A DNA stretch of 32,000 nucleotides from Idiomarina loihiensis L2TR (GTDB lineage: Bacteria > Pseudomonadota > Gammaproteobacteria > Enterobacterales > Alteromonadaceae), in NCBI RefSeq assembly GCF_000008465.1, contig NC_006512.1, positions 2,520,001-2,552,000 of the forward strand. Direction: 5' to 3'. Shown here in pieces: positions 7,412-20,956 of the stretch. The notes under the pieces were generated by a model, which had not been told where the DNA came from, did not search any database, and worked only from the letters and a program-made list of their open reading frames with translations. Positions within the stretch are counted from its first letter, which is position 1; each line of letters starts with the position of its first letter. The translations under genes and the position numbers were made by a program.

Positions 7412-9541
7412 TTAAAACGATTTTCTGACAGTGATACCAAAGCGACGCGGTTCACCGTATTGGACGTAAGTTTCCGGCACATACTCCTTACGAGGGTCAT
7501 TACCAAAGTAAAAACCGCGAGTTTCGTAGTCTTCATCCGTTAAATTACGACCCCATAAGCTAAAGTGCCAATCCTGATAATGATAGTTTAGCGCAAGGTG
7601 CAACACTGCCATGCTGTCCGCTTTTTGGTTATGCGAGTCAGAGAAGTAGAACTCGTCTTTCGCGTCGGCCTGAATCACCCACTGGAAGTTCTCGCCTAAC
7701 CAACCTTCAAAGCCAATATTCAACTGATAATTAGGCGCTTGCGCTTGCTCCCGCCCGGTCATATCGGTGCCGTCTTCGGTAACAAAACCTTCAATTTCGG
7801 TTTTTAACCAGCTGGCCGAAGCGAAAACCGCCAACCAATCCGTAAACTGATTGCGAATTTCCGCTTCCAGACCGTAACCTGTGCCTTCAGCGGCGTTCTC
7901 AATGTAACCCACAAATGACTGGTCTCGGTTTACCCAGCCCTTGAGCTGCACATCGTCACGCCAATGGTAAAATGCGCTGACTCTTGAGGTTAAACGCCCA
8001 TCGGCACTGCTGCCTTTTACGCCAAACTCGGTACTCCAGAGCGTTTCCGGAGCAAAGGTTGAGCGGTCTAACAAGTAGTTTTCTAATTCTTCCAGACCCT
8101 GATCTTCAGCTTTTCCTAAAGCTTCACCATTAACGCCACCGGCTTTGTATCCGCGCGCCAGAGTCGCGTACAGGTAACTGTCGTCAGACGCCTGATAGCG
8201 GACACTGAAATTACCACCCACCATGGTGTCTTCAGGTTCAGCGGTAATACCGCGACTGTCGAGGTAGTCATTGTCGTAACGTTCTACCCGCAAGCCAGTT
8301 ATAGTACTAACCCGGTCACTCCAATGCTGAGTTAGCTCACCATAAATAGCAACGTGATTGCTATCATAGTCGCTGTTGAAAATGCTTGGCTGGCCTAAGT
8401 CCCAGTTAAAATAGTCACGTGTCAGCTGAACCGATTTGTCGTAATAGTACAAACCTAAAACCCATTCGCTATCAATACCAAACAGGCTTTCGGGCTCGTC
8501 GGATACCCAGCGAACTTCGGCGGTTTTGTCGTCACGGTCGCGGAAGTACGCGTCAAAAGCTGAGTATTCCCAGCCCGGAGCGATACCTTCATAGGTCCAG
8601 TCTTCGTCGTAAGCGTAGCCGGTGTCTGCATCCAGGTAGTTAACAGACATTTCCAGACGGCTGTTGTCAAAACCCAGGTAACTGAGCTGCAAGCGCAATG
8701 CCTGACTTTCTAAGCGGTCAAAACCCGGTTCATCGGACAAAGTTTCGCGGGTGTTGTCGAGACTAAACGCATCGTAGCCATTGTCGACATCGTTATAATG
8801 CAGAACCGTTTGCAGCAGCCAGTCTTTACTGAGCTCGGTATCCAACTTGAAGCGCGCAGTGAGTTCGTCGCGCTGCTCCGTGTCATCACGCTCAAGGTAA
8901 GTGTTTTCAATGTAACCGTCTTGCTGAAACTGGCTGACCGAGAAGCGGGCGTTACCTAACAGCCCTAGGTTTCCGCCCATAGCAAGGCCGCCCATGGCTT
9001 CGGAATAGTTGCCTGCTGATAGCTGAAACTGGCCGTTAAAGTCGCTGCTCGGTGCGGTGCTGTCCAGCAACAATAAACCGGCCATAGCGTTCACGCCAAA
9101 ACGTCCGCTTTGCGGACCGCGAAACACTTCCACGTGATCAATATCGAAAAGCGATGCGGCACTGCCTAATCCGCTGTAATCAATACCATCAATTATCAAA
9201 CCGACCGAGGGCGTTACAGGATCAACAAACTGAGAGCGCTCGCCAATACCACGAATTTGAATAAACCGAGCCGTGGAAGTGCCACCAGAGAAATTCACGT
9301 TGGCCAAACTGTTCAGAGTGTCTTGTAAATGCTGTGAGTGACGCTGTTGCATCGCATCTTTATCAATAATAGAAACGCTGCTGGTGGTTTCATTTAAGGT
9401 GCGGCGGTGAAAGTCACCACTCACTTCAATAATTTCAATGTCTTTTGTATCTTGTGTGTCCTCTGCTGCAAAGGCAAAAGCGGGAACACTGGATAACGCC
9501 GCGGCAATGCTGGCTGCTAAGTATGAATTGATTATTTTCAT
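7412..9541 (-). CDS. TonB-dependent outer-membrane receptor (riboswitch context suggests thiamine or a thiamine precursor)
   Basis: 709 aa. It has a signal peptide 'MKIINSYLAASIAAALSSVPAFAFA', a TonB-box/plug region ('IEIIEVSGD', 'FIQIRGIG', 'VEVFRGPQS') and a C-terminal beta-barrel ending in the aromatic residue '...VRKSF'. Confidence 0.9.
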   Translation of the reverse strand: MKIINSYLAASIAAALSSVPAFAFAAEDTQDTKDIEIIEVSGDFHRRTLNETTSSVSIIDKDAMQQRHSQHLQDTLNSLANVNFSGGTSTARFIQIRGIGERSQFVDPVTPSVGLIIDGIDYSGLGSAASLFDIDHVEVFRGPQSGRFGVNAMAGLLLLDSTAPSSDFNGQFQLSAGNYSEAMGGLAMGGNLGLLGNARFSVSQFQQDGYIENTYLERDDTEQRDELTARFKLDTELSKDWLLQTVLHYNDVDNGYDAFSLDNTRETLSDEPGFDRLESQALRLQLSYLGFDNSRLEMSVNYLDADTGYAYDEDWTYEGIAPGWEYSAFDAYFRDRDDKTAEVRWVSDEPESLFGIDSEWVLGLYYYDKSVQLTRDYFNWDLGQPSIFNSDYDSNHVAIYGELTQHWSDRVSTITGLRVERYDNDYLDSRGITAEPEDTMVGGNFSVRYQASDDSYLYATLARGYKAGGVNGEALGKAEDQGLEELENYLLDRSTFAPETLWSTEFGVKGSSADGRLTSRVSAFYHWRDDVQLKGWVNRDQSFVGYIENAAEGTGYGLEAEIRNQFTDWLAVFASASWLKTEIEGFVTEDGTDMTGREQAQAPNYQLNIGFEGWLGENFQWVIQADAKDEFYFSDSHNQKADSMAVLHLALNYHYQDWHFSLWGRNLTDEDYETRGFYFGNDPRKEYVPETYVQYGEPRRFGITVRKSF

Positions 9542-9579
9542 GGATCATTTCCTCAAAACAAAGTCAGAAACGATCCGGT
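9542..9579 (-). promoter_or_regulatory. Riboswitch expression platform: helix that sequesters the Shine-Dalgarno sequence
   Basis: On the RNA, 'GGAUCGUUUC' (9576-9567) pairs with 'GAAAUGAUCC' (9551-9542) in 10 bp, one of them G-U. This buries the 3' half of the SD 'GAGGAAAU' and the bases abutting the AUG at 9541. The overlapping 'ACCGGAUC' (9579-9572) is complementary to aptamer 'GAUCCGGU' (9632-9625), giving a mutually exclusive fold. Confidence 0.7.
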
Positions 9580-9602
9580 AAGGCTGTATTAGACGGGTTT
9601 TC

Positions 9603-9684
9603 TACCATCCCTACGCCAGTATTAACCGGATCAGGTTTTAAGGGTTCGCTAATGCATCTCAGCCGTTGCCGGCACCCCTTGGTA
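9603..9684 (-). promoter_or_regulatory. TPP (THI-box) riboswitch aptamer
   Basis: The minus-strand RNA reads 'UACCAAGGGGUGCCGGCAACGGCUGAGAUGCAUUAGCGAACCCUUAAAACCUGAUCCGGUUAAUACUGGCGUAGGGAUGGUA'. It contains the invariant GGGGUGC...CUGAGA...ACCC...ACCUGAUC(N)GG(N)UAAUAC(N)(N)GCGUAGGGA blocks. P1 is UACCA/UGGUA. P3 is GCCG-GCAA-CGGC with a GNRA loop. Confidence 0.92.
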
Positions 9685-9694
9685 AAGCGGCGTC

Positions 9695-9722
9695 AGTATA
9701 ACGCAGCTTGTTAGTTAAACAA
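9695..9722 (-). promoter_or_regulatory. Candidate sigma70 promoter of the riboswitch operon
   Basis: The minus strand reads TTGTTT (9722-9717), a 16-nt spacer, then TATACT (9700-9695). This places a start site about 5-10 nt before the P1 helix. It is a motif match only. Confidence 0.45.
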
Positions 9723-9739
9723 ATTTACTTTCAGTGCAA

Positions 9740-10441
9740 TTAAATAAAGGACAGAGCGTCGCCGTAAAGGTTTTCTAACGGTACGTCTTTAGCGACAAAG
9801 TCGTCGCGAATAACGCGTATCATTTCAAAACGGCCAGCCATGTAAATTTCACACTCAGGCAGACTTTGCTCACGGGCCATAACCGCGTGGTGCACTAAAC
9901 CAATAGAATAAGCCCAGTTGTTATCCGCGTCTTCGACCACCGGGTGATAATCAAAGTGCTCGTACTGGCTTGCTAAGCGTTCCAGTTCGTCATGCAAATA
10001 CAGGTCGCTTAAGCTTTTTGCACCCCAGTAAAGTGTCAGAGGCCGCTCTGGCGACACACGTAAATGTTGCTGCAAAATAGAATAGGTATACGAGAAACCG
10101 GTGCCACCAGCAATTAACACTGCCGGCTTAGTGTTTTCCTGACGGTAAAACGCAATACCGTCCGGCGCATCAATTTCTAGTTCCCCATCGTCACGCACTT
10201 TATCCAACACTTCCATGGCATAGCTGTTGTCCGGCGTAGCGCCAACATGAAGTAACCACTCACTTTTATTGGACGGGCACGACGCAATACTGAACGGTCG
10301 CTTATCGCGTTCGCCCATCACCACCATAAGGTACTGGCCTGCTTTAAACTCAACCGGCTGCGGCAATTGTAAACGCACTTCCCACACAGCATCCGCCAAC
10401 TGGCGCGAAATTTCAGCTTTACAGGTCATTTGTTGACTCAT
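9740..10441 (-). CDS. fre: NAD(P)H-flavin reductase Fre
   Basis: 233 aa. It has the ferredoxin-reductase-type motifs 'RPFSIAS' (flavin) and 'LIAGGTGFS' (NAD(P)H). It lies directly after ubiD as in E. coli, with stop and start abutting (TGAATG). Confidence 0.85.
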   Translation of the reverse strand: MSQQMTCKAEISRQLADAVWEVRLQLPQPVEFKAGQYLMVVMGERDKRPFSIASCPSNKSEWLLHVGATPDNSYAMEVLDKVRDDGELEIDAPDGIAFYRQENTKPAVLIAGGTGFSYTYSILQQHLRVSPERPLTLYWGAKSLSDLYLHDELERLASQYEHFDYHPVVEDADNNWAYSIGLVHHAVMAREQSLPECEIYMAGRFEMIRVIRDDFVAKDVPLENLYGDALSFI

Positions 10442-11914
10442 TCACGACTCCATAATATTCAGTTCGTCCCACAGCTCGTCAACACGCTGTTTTACCTCAT
10501 CGCTCATGACGATTGGTTCGCCCCACTCACGGTCGGTTTCACCCGGCCATTTATTGGTGGCGTCCATTCCCATCTTTGAGCCCAGTCCGGAAACCGGTGA
10601 AGCAAAATCAAGGTAATCTATTGGCGTATTTTCGACCAGGGTCGTATCACGTGCCGGATCCATCCGGGTTGTCATAGCCCAGATAACATCTTTCCAGTCA
10701 CGCGCATTTACGTCGTCGTCACACACAATCACGAACTTGGTGTACATAAACTGACGCAAGAAAGACCAGACACCCATCATCACACGCTTCGCGTGACCCG
10801 GGTACTGCTTCTTCATAGTGACTACGGCCAAACGGTACGAACAGCCTTCCGGTGGCAAATAAAAATCGACAATTTCGGGGAATTGTTTTTGCAGCAACGG
10901 AATAAAAACTTCATTTAAAGCAACGCCCAGCACCGCAGGTTCGTCCGGTGGACGTCCGGTATAGGTGCTGTGGTAAATAGGATCTTTGCGGTGGGTCACA
11001 TGAGTCACGGTAAACACCGGAAACTCATCCACTTCGTTATAGTAGCCGGTATGGTCGCCATAAGGCCCTTCTGCCGCCATTTCACCCGGCTCTATGTAAC
11101 CTTCCAGAATGATTTCAGCGTGCGCAGGTACTTGTAAGTCGTTACTGAGACACTGCGTTACTTCGGTTTTGCTGTCGCGCAACAAACCGGCAAAGGCGTA
11201 TTCCGACAAGCTATCAGGCACAGGGGTTACCGCACCCAAAATAGTCGCAGGGTCTGCGCCCAAAGCAACTGACACCGGGAACCTTTCGCCCGGATGCTGC
11301 TGGCACCATTCCTGGAAATCCAACGCGCCGCCGCGATGCGACAACCAGCGCATAATAAGCTTATTCGGACCCAAGAGTTGCTGGCGATAAATGCCTAAGT
11401 TCTGACGTTCTTTATGCGGACCTCGAGTTACCGTAAGACCCCAGGTCACCAAAGGCGCAACGTCGCCCGGCCAGCAGTGCTGAATAGGCAGCTTGGTTAA
11501 GTCAACGTCGTCGCCGCTCATAACCACTTGCTGGCACGGTGCCTTTTTAATGCTTTTTGGCGACATACTCAGCACTTTTTTGTACTTAGGCAGTAAATTC
11601 AACGCGTCGCGAAAGCCTTTAGGAGGCTCAGGCTCTTTTAAAAAGGCCAGCAATTTGCCCACATCCCGTAAAGCGGTTACTGACTCCTGACCCATGCCTA
11701 AAGCCACGCGGTCGGGTGTGCCAAACAAATTAGCCAATACAGGCATATCATGGCCTTTCACGTTTTCAAACAATAAGGCCGGGCCTTGTGCTTTTAACGT
11801 ACGGTCTGATATTTCGGTAATTTCGAGGTAGGGATCGATCTCTTGTTGGATGCGCTTAAGTTCACCGCGCTCCTCGAGGAGCGCGATAAAGTCACGCAGA
11901 TCTTGATATTTCAT
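10442..11914 (-). CDS. ubiD: 4-hydroxy-3-polyprenylbenzoate decarboxylase UbiD
   Basis: 490 aa. '[22 protein letters not shown]' and the rest align along their full length with my memory of E. coli UbiD. It starts 7 nt after the rho stop. Confidence 0.95.
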   Translation of the reverse strand: MKYQDLRDFIALLEERGELKRIQQEIDPYLEITEISDRTLKAQGPALLFENVKGHDMPVLANLFGTPDRVALGMGQESVTALRDVGKLLAFLKEPEPPKGFRDALNLLPKYKKVLSMSPKSIKKAPCQQVVMSGDDVDLTKLPIQHCWPGDVAPLVTWGLTVTRGPHKERQNLGIYRQQLLGPNKLIMRWLSHRGGALDFQEWCQQHPGERFPVSVALGADPATILGAVTPVPDSLSEYAFAGLLRDSKTEVTQCLSNDLQVPAHAEIILEGYIEPGEMAAEGPYGDHTGYYNEVDEFPVFTVTHVTHRKDPIYHSTYTGRPPDEPAVLGVALNEVFIPLLQKQFPEIVDFYLPPEGCSYRLAVVTMKKQYPGHAKRVMMGVWSFLRQFMYTKFVIVCDDDVNARDWKDVIWAMTTRMDPARDTTLVENTPIDYLDFASPVSGLGSKMGMDATNKWPGETDREWGEPIVMSDEVKQRVDELWDELNIMES

Positions 11915-11921
11915 ACGCCAC

Positions 11922-13190
11922 TTAACTGTTGCGTTGACGTTTCATCGATTCGAAGAATTCGTCATTGGTTTTGGTCATCTGCAGACGGTCAATCAGGAAT
12001 TCCATGGCCTCAACTTCGCCCATTGGATGCATGATTTTGCGCAGGATCCACATTTTTTGCAGCTCGTCCGGCGTAGTCAGCAACTCTTCGCGACGCGTAC
12101 CTGAACGGTTGAAGTCGATGGCAGGGAACACACGGCGTTCAGCCAACTTACGGTTCAGATGCAGCTCCATGTTACCGGTACCTTTAAACTCTTCGTAGAT
12201 GACTTCATCCATTTTCGAGCCGGTATCAATAAGCGCGGTTGCAATAATGGTTAAACTACCGCCTTCTTCTACATTACGCGCAGCTCCAAAGAAACGCTTA
12301 GGTTTGTGCAATGCGTTAGCATCCACACCACCGGTTAACACTTTACCGGAGCTTGGAATAACGGTGTTATAAGCACGGGCAAGGCGAGTAATTGAGTCCA
12401 GCAAAATCACTACGTCTTTTTTGTGCTCAACCAGGCGCTTGGCTTTTTCAATAACCATTTCGGCCACCTGAACGTGACGGCTGGCAGGTTCATCAAAGGT
12501 TGAAGCAACCACTTCGCCATGTACAAGACGGTGCATTTCGGTGACTTCTTCCGGACGCTCATCAATCAACAGAACAATCAGTTCAGCATCAGGGTGATTC
12601 GCCGCAATAGAAGTTGCAATATTCTGCAATAGTAAGGTTTTACCCGCTTTTGGTGGCGCAACAATAAGACCACGCTGGCCTTTACCTATTGGCGCTGATA
12701 AGTCCAGTACCCGCGCAGTGATATCTTCTTTACTGCCATTGCCGCGTTCTAAGTGAAAACGCTCTTCCGCGTGTAGCGGCGTTAAGTTTTCAAATAAGAT
12801 TTTATTGCGGGAGTTTTCAGGCTTGTCGAAGTTAACTTCGCGAATTTTCAGCAGGGCAAAATAACGTTCGCTGTCTTTCGGTGGGCGAATTTTCCCGCCA
12901 ATTGTGTCACCCGTACGCAGGTTAAAGCGACGAATTTGGCTTGGCGAGACGTAAATGTCGTCCGGGCCAGCCAGGTAAGACGAGTCGGCTGAACGCAAGA
13001 AGCCAAAGCCATCCTGCAAAATTTCCAGCACACCGCCGCCGTGAATGTCTTCACCGCTTTTAGCGTGAGCTTTTAAGATAGCAAAAATGATGTCTTGCTT
13101 ACGTAGGCGGGCCATATTCTCAAGGCCCATTGAGTCCGCGAGCTGAACCAGCTCGTTTACGGGTTTATCTTTAAGTTCTGTTAGATTCAT
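11922..13190 (-). CDS. rho: Transcription termination factor Rho
   Basis: 422 aa, near-identical in long stretches to E. coli Rho ('MNLTELK', '[44 protein letters not shown]', Walker A 'PPKAGKT'). Confidence 0.98.
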   Translation of the reverse strand: MNLTELKDKPVNELVQLADSMGLENMARLRKQDIIFAILKAHAKSGEDIHGGGVLEILQDGFGFLRSADSSYLAGPDDIYVSPSQIRRFNLRTGDTIGGKIRPPKDSERYFALLKIREVNFDKPENSRNKILFENLTPLHAEERFHLERGNGSKEDITARVLDLSAPIGKGQRGLIVAPPKAGKTLLLQNIATSIAANHPDAELIVLLIDERPEEVTEMHRLVHGEVVASTFDEPASRHVQVAEMVIEKAKRLVEHKKDVVILLDSITRLARAYNTVIPSSGKVLTGGVDANALHKPKRFFGAARNVEEGGSLTIIATALIDTGSKMDEVIYEEFKGTGNMELHLNRKLAERRVFPAIDFNRSGTRREELLTTPDELQKMWILRKIMHPMGEVEAMEFLIDRLQMTKTNDEFFESMKRQRNS

Positions 13191-13403
13191 AGGAGGGTTT
13201 TCGAGTTATCGATTGAACACAAAGCCTTTTTTAATTTGACTCTAGAAAGTAAAACAATTGGAACATTCGGAATTCGCGAAGTGCGAAACCAGAAACAGAC
13301 GTTTCATTTAAAAACAGGTTAACCGGTGGAGTTGGTGAACCCGTATGAACAGTTAATGAGCAGAAGTTATCACCAAAAAAGCGATTCGTCCAGTTTTCTC
13401 AAC

Positions 13404-13431
13404 AAAAACGGCGCATAACACGCCGTTTTTT
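13404..13431 (-). terminator. Rho-independent terminator after trxA
   Basis: The minus strand reads 'AAAAAACGGCG-uguuaug-CGCCGUUUUUGUUG'. The 6-7 bp GC stem uses 13408-13413 and 13421-13426. It begins 8 nt after the trxA stop. Confidence 0.75.
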
Positions 13432-13439
13432 GACAATCA

Positions 13440-13766
13440 TTAAATATGCTGGTCTAAAAACTCAGTCAATTGAGCACGTGATAATGCGCCCACTTTCGTT
13501 CCGACAACTTCGCCGCCTTTAAACAACAATAACGTTGGAATGCCACGAATATTGTACTTAGGTGGAGTTTGTTCATTATGGTCGACGTTCAGCTTACCAA
13601 TAACTAATTTATCAGCGTACTCGCTGGCAATGTCATCAAGAATAGGCGCTACCATTTTACATGGTCCACACCACTCAGCCCAAAAGTCGACTAATACGGG
13701 TTTATCGGAATTTATGACATCAGCATCAAAACTGTCATCACTTAGCTGAACTATTACGTCACTCAT
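13440..13766 (-). CDS. trxA: Thioredoxin 1
   Basis: 108 aa with active site 'WAEWCGPCK' and a classic TrxA length and sequence. Confidence 0.97.
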   Translation of the reverse strand: MSDVIVQLSDDSFDADVINSDKPVLVDFWAEWCGPCKMVAPILDDIASEYADKLVIGKLNVDHNEQTPPKYNIRGIPTLLLFKGGEVVGTKVGALSRAQLTEFLDQHI

Positions 13767-13857
13767 GGTACTCTCCGCTACTTTCTTCGCGTGGAAATAT
13801 TAGAATAGTATTATTTCTGTTTTTGAATACAAGCGCAAACTGATATGCTTATAACTT

Positions 13858-15135
13858 ATGACTAAAAAACATCTTACAGAAACTCGCTTTGCTGATTTGG
13901 CGCTTCACCCCAAAATCCAGCAAGCAATATCCAGTGCCGGATTTGAGTATTGTACTCCAATTCAGGCGTTAAGTCTGCCCGTTGCTCTGTCTAACCGCGA
14001 TGTTGCTGGTCAGGCTCAGACAGGTACAGGCAAAACCTTGGCATTTCTGCTGGCTACTTTCAACCGCTTAATGCAGAACGAATCGTCCGAAAAAACCGAA
14101 TCGGGCCCACGCGCGCTGATTATGGCACCGACTCGGGAGCTCGCTATTCAGATAGCTCACGACGCGGATGCCCTCATTGAGCATTGCGGTTTGAAAATGG
14201 GCGTAATTTACGGCGGCGAAGGCTACGAAGGTCAAAAAGAACAACTGGCTGCACAACCAGACATACTGGTCGGCACCACGGGTCGTCTTATAGACTTTTA
14301 TAAGCAGGATCTATTTAGCCTTAAAGATATTGAAGTTGTGGTGCTGGACGAAGCCGACCGCATGTTCGATCTGGGCTTTATTGATGACATTCGTTACCTG
14401 TTACAGAAAATGCCGGATCCATCCAAACGTCTGAATCTGCTGTTCTCTGCAACCTTGTCTTATCGTGTGCAGGAACTGGCGTACGAACACATGAATGCAC
14501 CGACCAAGCTCGAAGTAGAACCGTTACAAAAAACGGCCACACGGGTAACTGAAGAACTGTTTTATCCTTCTAAACCCGAAAAGTTTCCGTTGCTACTGAC
14601 ATTAATAGAAGAAGACTGGCCGGATAAAGCCATTGTTTTCGCCAACACCAAGCACGGTTGCGAGAAAGTGCATGGCTGGCTGGTCGCGAACGAGCACCGT
14701 GCGGGTCTGTTAACCGGTGATGTTCCGCAGAAAAAGCGTTTACGCATTTTGGAAGACTTTGCCGAAGGAAAGCTCGACTTTTTAGTTGCTACCGATGTCG
14801 CAGCACGTGGTCTGCACATTCCTGAAGTAACCCATGTATATAATTTCGACTTACCGGATGACTGCGAAGACTATGTTCACCGTATAGGCCGCACAGGTCG
14901 CGCAGGCGCCAGTGGCGCTGCAATAAGCCTGGCGTGCGAAGAGTACGTATACAACTTACCGGCTATTGAAGACTATATTGGTCACACCATTCCGGTCACC
15001 AAATACGATGGCGATGCTTTGCTTTCTGATTTACGACGTCCGCGTCCAATTCAGCGCCGTCGTCGTCATAACTCAGGCGGAGGCAAGGGCAAACCTCGCG
15101 GCCGTCGCTCGGGACCTCCGCGCAACGCGTCATAA
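13858..15135 (+). CDS. rhlB: ATP-dependent DEAD-box RNA helicase RhlB
   Basis: 425 aa. The N-terminus '[19 protein letters not shown]' resembles E. coli RhlB. Motifs present are 'AQTGTGKT', 'DEAD', 'SAT' and '[10 protein letters not shown]', plus an Arg-rich C-terminal tail. It is divergent from trxA as in E. coli. Confidence 0.95.
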   Translation: MTKKHLTETRFADLALHPKIQQAISSAGFEYCTPIQALSLPVALSNRDVAGQAQTGTGKTLAFLLATFNRLMQNESSEKTESGPRALIMAPTRELAIQIAHDADALIEHCGLKMGVIYGGEGYEGQKEQLAAQPDILVGTTGRLIDFYKQDLFSLKDIEVVVLDEADRMFDLGFIDDIRYLLQKMPDPSKRLNLLFSATLSYRVQELAYEHMNAPTKLEVEPLQKTATRVTEELFYPSKPEKFPLLLTLIEEDWPDKAIVFANTKHGCEKVHGWLVANEHRAGLLTGDVPQKKRLRILEDFAEGKLDFLVATDVAARGLHIPEVTHVYNFDLPDDCEDYVHRIGRTGRAGASGAAISLACEEYVYNLPAIEDYIGHTIPVTKYDGDALLSDLRRPRPIQRRRRHNSGGGKGKPRGRRSGPPRNAS

Positions 15136-15136
15136 T

Positions 15137-18902
<3,766 letters not shown>

Positions 18903-19636
18903 AGGTCAGCTCGGCTAAATGCTTTACCGACACGTCAAGATAATGAGCCAGAGCTTCTCCAACTACTGGTAAAAGCGCAGGCTCATTCATTTTAGGACGC
19001 GGCTTCAGCCCCCGCGGTAATAAAAACGGTGCATCCGTTTCAAGTACCAACCTGTTCAGAGGCAAATACGGCAAAGCTGACACCAGTTCCTGGTTACGTC
19101 GCTCATCACATACCCAACCGGTAATGCCAAACCAATGGCCTCGCTCGGCATAACGGTTCAGAGCTTCAACGCCACCGGTAAAGCAATGAGTTAAGCAGGG
19201 TGTTGAGTCATTACAATACTGGTTTAACAGCTCTATTTGAAGGTCGATTGCATCGCGTTCGTGCAAATACAGCGGAAGGTTTAGCTCATTAGCCAGTTCA
19301 ACTTGAGCAACGAATACTTCTTCCTGAACATCGCGGGGAGAAAAATTCCGGTTGAAATCCAGACCACATTCGCCAATAGCCACAACATAGGGCAAGCCGG
19401 CCAATTCCCGTAACTGCTCTTTGTAATTTGCTGGCGCCTCGCCGGCGTCGTGTGGGTGAATACCCGCGGTCATCACCAACTTATCAGGATACTGATGACA
19501 CAATTTAGCGGCTTGTTCTGCCTCTTCAATAGAGGTCGATATAATCAGCTGTTTTTGCACATTGGCCTGCTCGGCACGAGCCATAACTCCGTCCAGATCG
19601 CTCAACAACCGTTTGTTGGTTAAATTGACACCGGCA

Positions 19637-20371
19637 TCAAACCACATCGTCGTCTTCCTGCGGGGTGGGTGTATACCAACGGCTAACTTGTAAACCTAAC
19701 TCAAACAACAACCACATAGGTATTGCCAGTAAAGTTTGGGAAATAACATCGGGTGGGGTTAGCAACATACCAATAGCGAACGCACCCACAATAATGTAAG
19801 GCCGTTTTTTAGCCAGTGACTCACGGGTACAGGTACCGGTCCAGATCAACAGCATAATGGCAACCGGCGTTTCAAAGGCAATACCAAAAGCAACAAAAAT
19901 AGCCAGAATAAAGTCCAGATAACGGGAGATGTCGGTGGCAACCGTGACCCCCTCCGGCGCTGCACTGCTGAAAAATGCCATGGCAAGAGGCAGAACCACA
20001 AAATAGGCAAAGGCAATACCGGCATAAAACAGCAAAGTACTGGTAGCCAAAAGCGGAATTACTAAGCGCTTCTCGCGACCATACAAGCCCGGCGCTATAA
20101 AGCCCCATATTTGCCACAGTAAATAAGGGACGGTAAGAGCCAGAGCCACGACCAAAGTTAATTTAAAAGGGGTAAAGAACGGCGCCGCAACGTCTGTGGC
20201 GATCATTTGCGAACCAACCGGCATGTTCATCAGCAGGGGCTGGGCGACAAAATGATAAATATCATTGGCAAAGTAAGCGAGCGCAGCGAACACAACCAGA
20301 ATAACCAATACCGAGCGTAATAGTCGGCTTCTGAGCTCCAGCAAATGATTTAATAAAGGGGAGTCACTCAT
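19637..20371 (-). CDS. tatC: Twin-arginine translocase subunit TatC
   Basis: I chose the start at 20371 ('[18 protein letters not shown]', 245 aa) because it matches the conserved TatC N-terminus. It overlaps the tatB stop as ATGAGTGA. The ORF-track start at 20455 would overlap tatB by 92 nt. Confidence 0.9.
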   Translation of the reverse strand: MSDSPLLNHLLELRSRLLRSVLVILVVFAALAYFANDIYHFVAQPLLMNMPVGSQMIATDVAAPFFTPFKLTLVVALALTVPYLLWQIWGFIAPGLYGREKRLVIPLLATSTLLFYAGIAFAYFVVLPLAMAFFSSAAPEGVTVATDISRYLDFILAIFVAFGIAFETPVAIMLLIWTGTCTRESLAKKRPYIIVGAFAIGMLLTPPDVISQTLLAIPMWLLFELGLQVSRWYTPTPQEDDDVV

Positions 20372-20714
20372 TACCTTTACCCACATCGGTTCCGGGTTTT
20401 TCTTTGGGTTCGGAATCTGGCTTAGAATAGGGTCGCTGAACCTCTTCTGCCGCACTTCTTAATTCGACTAGCGAGCGTTGCAGTTCCGGACTTAAATTTT
20501 CAAGGTCCTGACTCTCAGCTTGTCTCAAATGTTCGTGCAGCTCTTTAATACGCAGTTCATGGTCAAGCTCATTCTGTACTTTTTGAGAGTACTGCTTAAT
20601 ACTCGACAAGGTTCTCTGAAAGCCACGAATAGCCGAAGGCAGGCGCTCGGGACCAAGCACCAGCAAGCCGACTATCGCAATCAGCAATAACTCCCAGAAA
20701 CCAATATCGAACAT
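20364..20714 (-). CDS. tatB: Twin-arginine translocase subunit TatB
   Basis: 116 aa. '[26 protein letters not shown]' is the canonical TatB N-terminus. It abuts the tatA stop. Confidence 0.9.
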   Translation of the reverse strand: MFDIGFWELLLIAIVGLLVLGPERLPSAIRGFQRTLSSIKQYSQKVQNELDHELRIKELHEHLRQAESQDLENLSPELQRSLVELRSAAEEVQRPYSKPDSEPKEKPGTDVGKGNE

Positions 20715-20936
20715 TTAAGATTTCCCGGATTTATCCGAATTGGACTTATCGTCATGTTCTTCTTTGTGCTGCAAAGAGTCGTCTTTATCTTTGCTGTCAT
20801 CTTCGTCGCCCATAGACTTTTTAAAGCCTTTTACCGCATTACCTAAGTCTGAACCCAGGCTACGCAGACGCTTGGTGCCAAACAGCAATACAACAATGAC
20901 CAACAAGATGAGTAACTGCCAAGGTGATACACCCAT
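20715..20936 (-). CDS. tatA: Twin-arginine translocase subunit TatA
   Basis: 73 aa. '[32 protein letters not shown]' is the canonical TatA/E helix-hinge-amphipathic helix, followed by an acidic tail. Confidence 0.92.
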   Translation of the reverse strand: MGVSPWQLLILLVIVVLLFGTKRLRSLGSDLGNAVKGFKKSMGDEDDSKDKDDSLQHKEEHDDKSNSDKSGKS

Positions 20937-20956
20937 GTTATTTCCTACCGTTTAAG

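Noticed and set aside
13191-13197. A perfect 'AGGAGGG' on the + strand directly abutting the rho start codon, which could suggest a + strand gene antisense to the rho leader.
   Set aside because: No ATG, GTG or TTG lies 4-12 nt downstream on the + strand, and the frames close quickly. It is simply the complement of the CCCUCCU tract discussed under the rho leader.
13242-13307. A 21-codon minus-strand uORF (MKRLFLVSHFANSECSNCFTF) in the rho leader, considered as a possible rhoL-like leader peptide.
   Set aside because: It has no SD, no similarity to E. coli RhoL, and I cannot assess conservation. I have noted it but not called it as a gene.
14966-15136. A 57-codon N-terminal extension of the gppA-like ORF that overlaps the rhlB 3' end.
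   Set aside because: The extension is out of frame within the conserved rhlB tail and has no Ppx/GppA similarity. The conserved ASKHA N-terminus ('KLAAIDMGSNSFHL') begins right after the ATG at 15137.
20372-20455. The upstream ATG that extends TatC by 28 residues.
   Set aside because: It would overlap tatB by 92 nt. The conserved TatC N-terminus starts at '[14 protein letters not shown]', and the ATGAGTGA coupling with tatB is typical.
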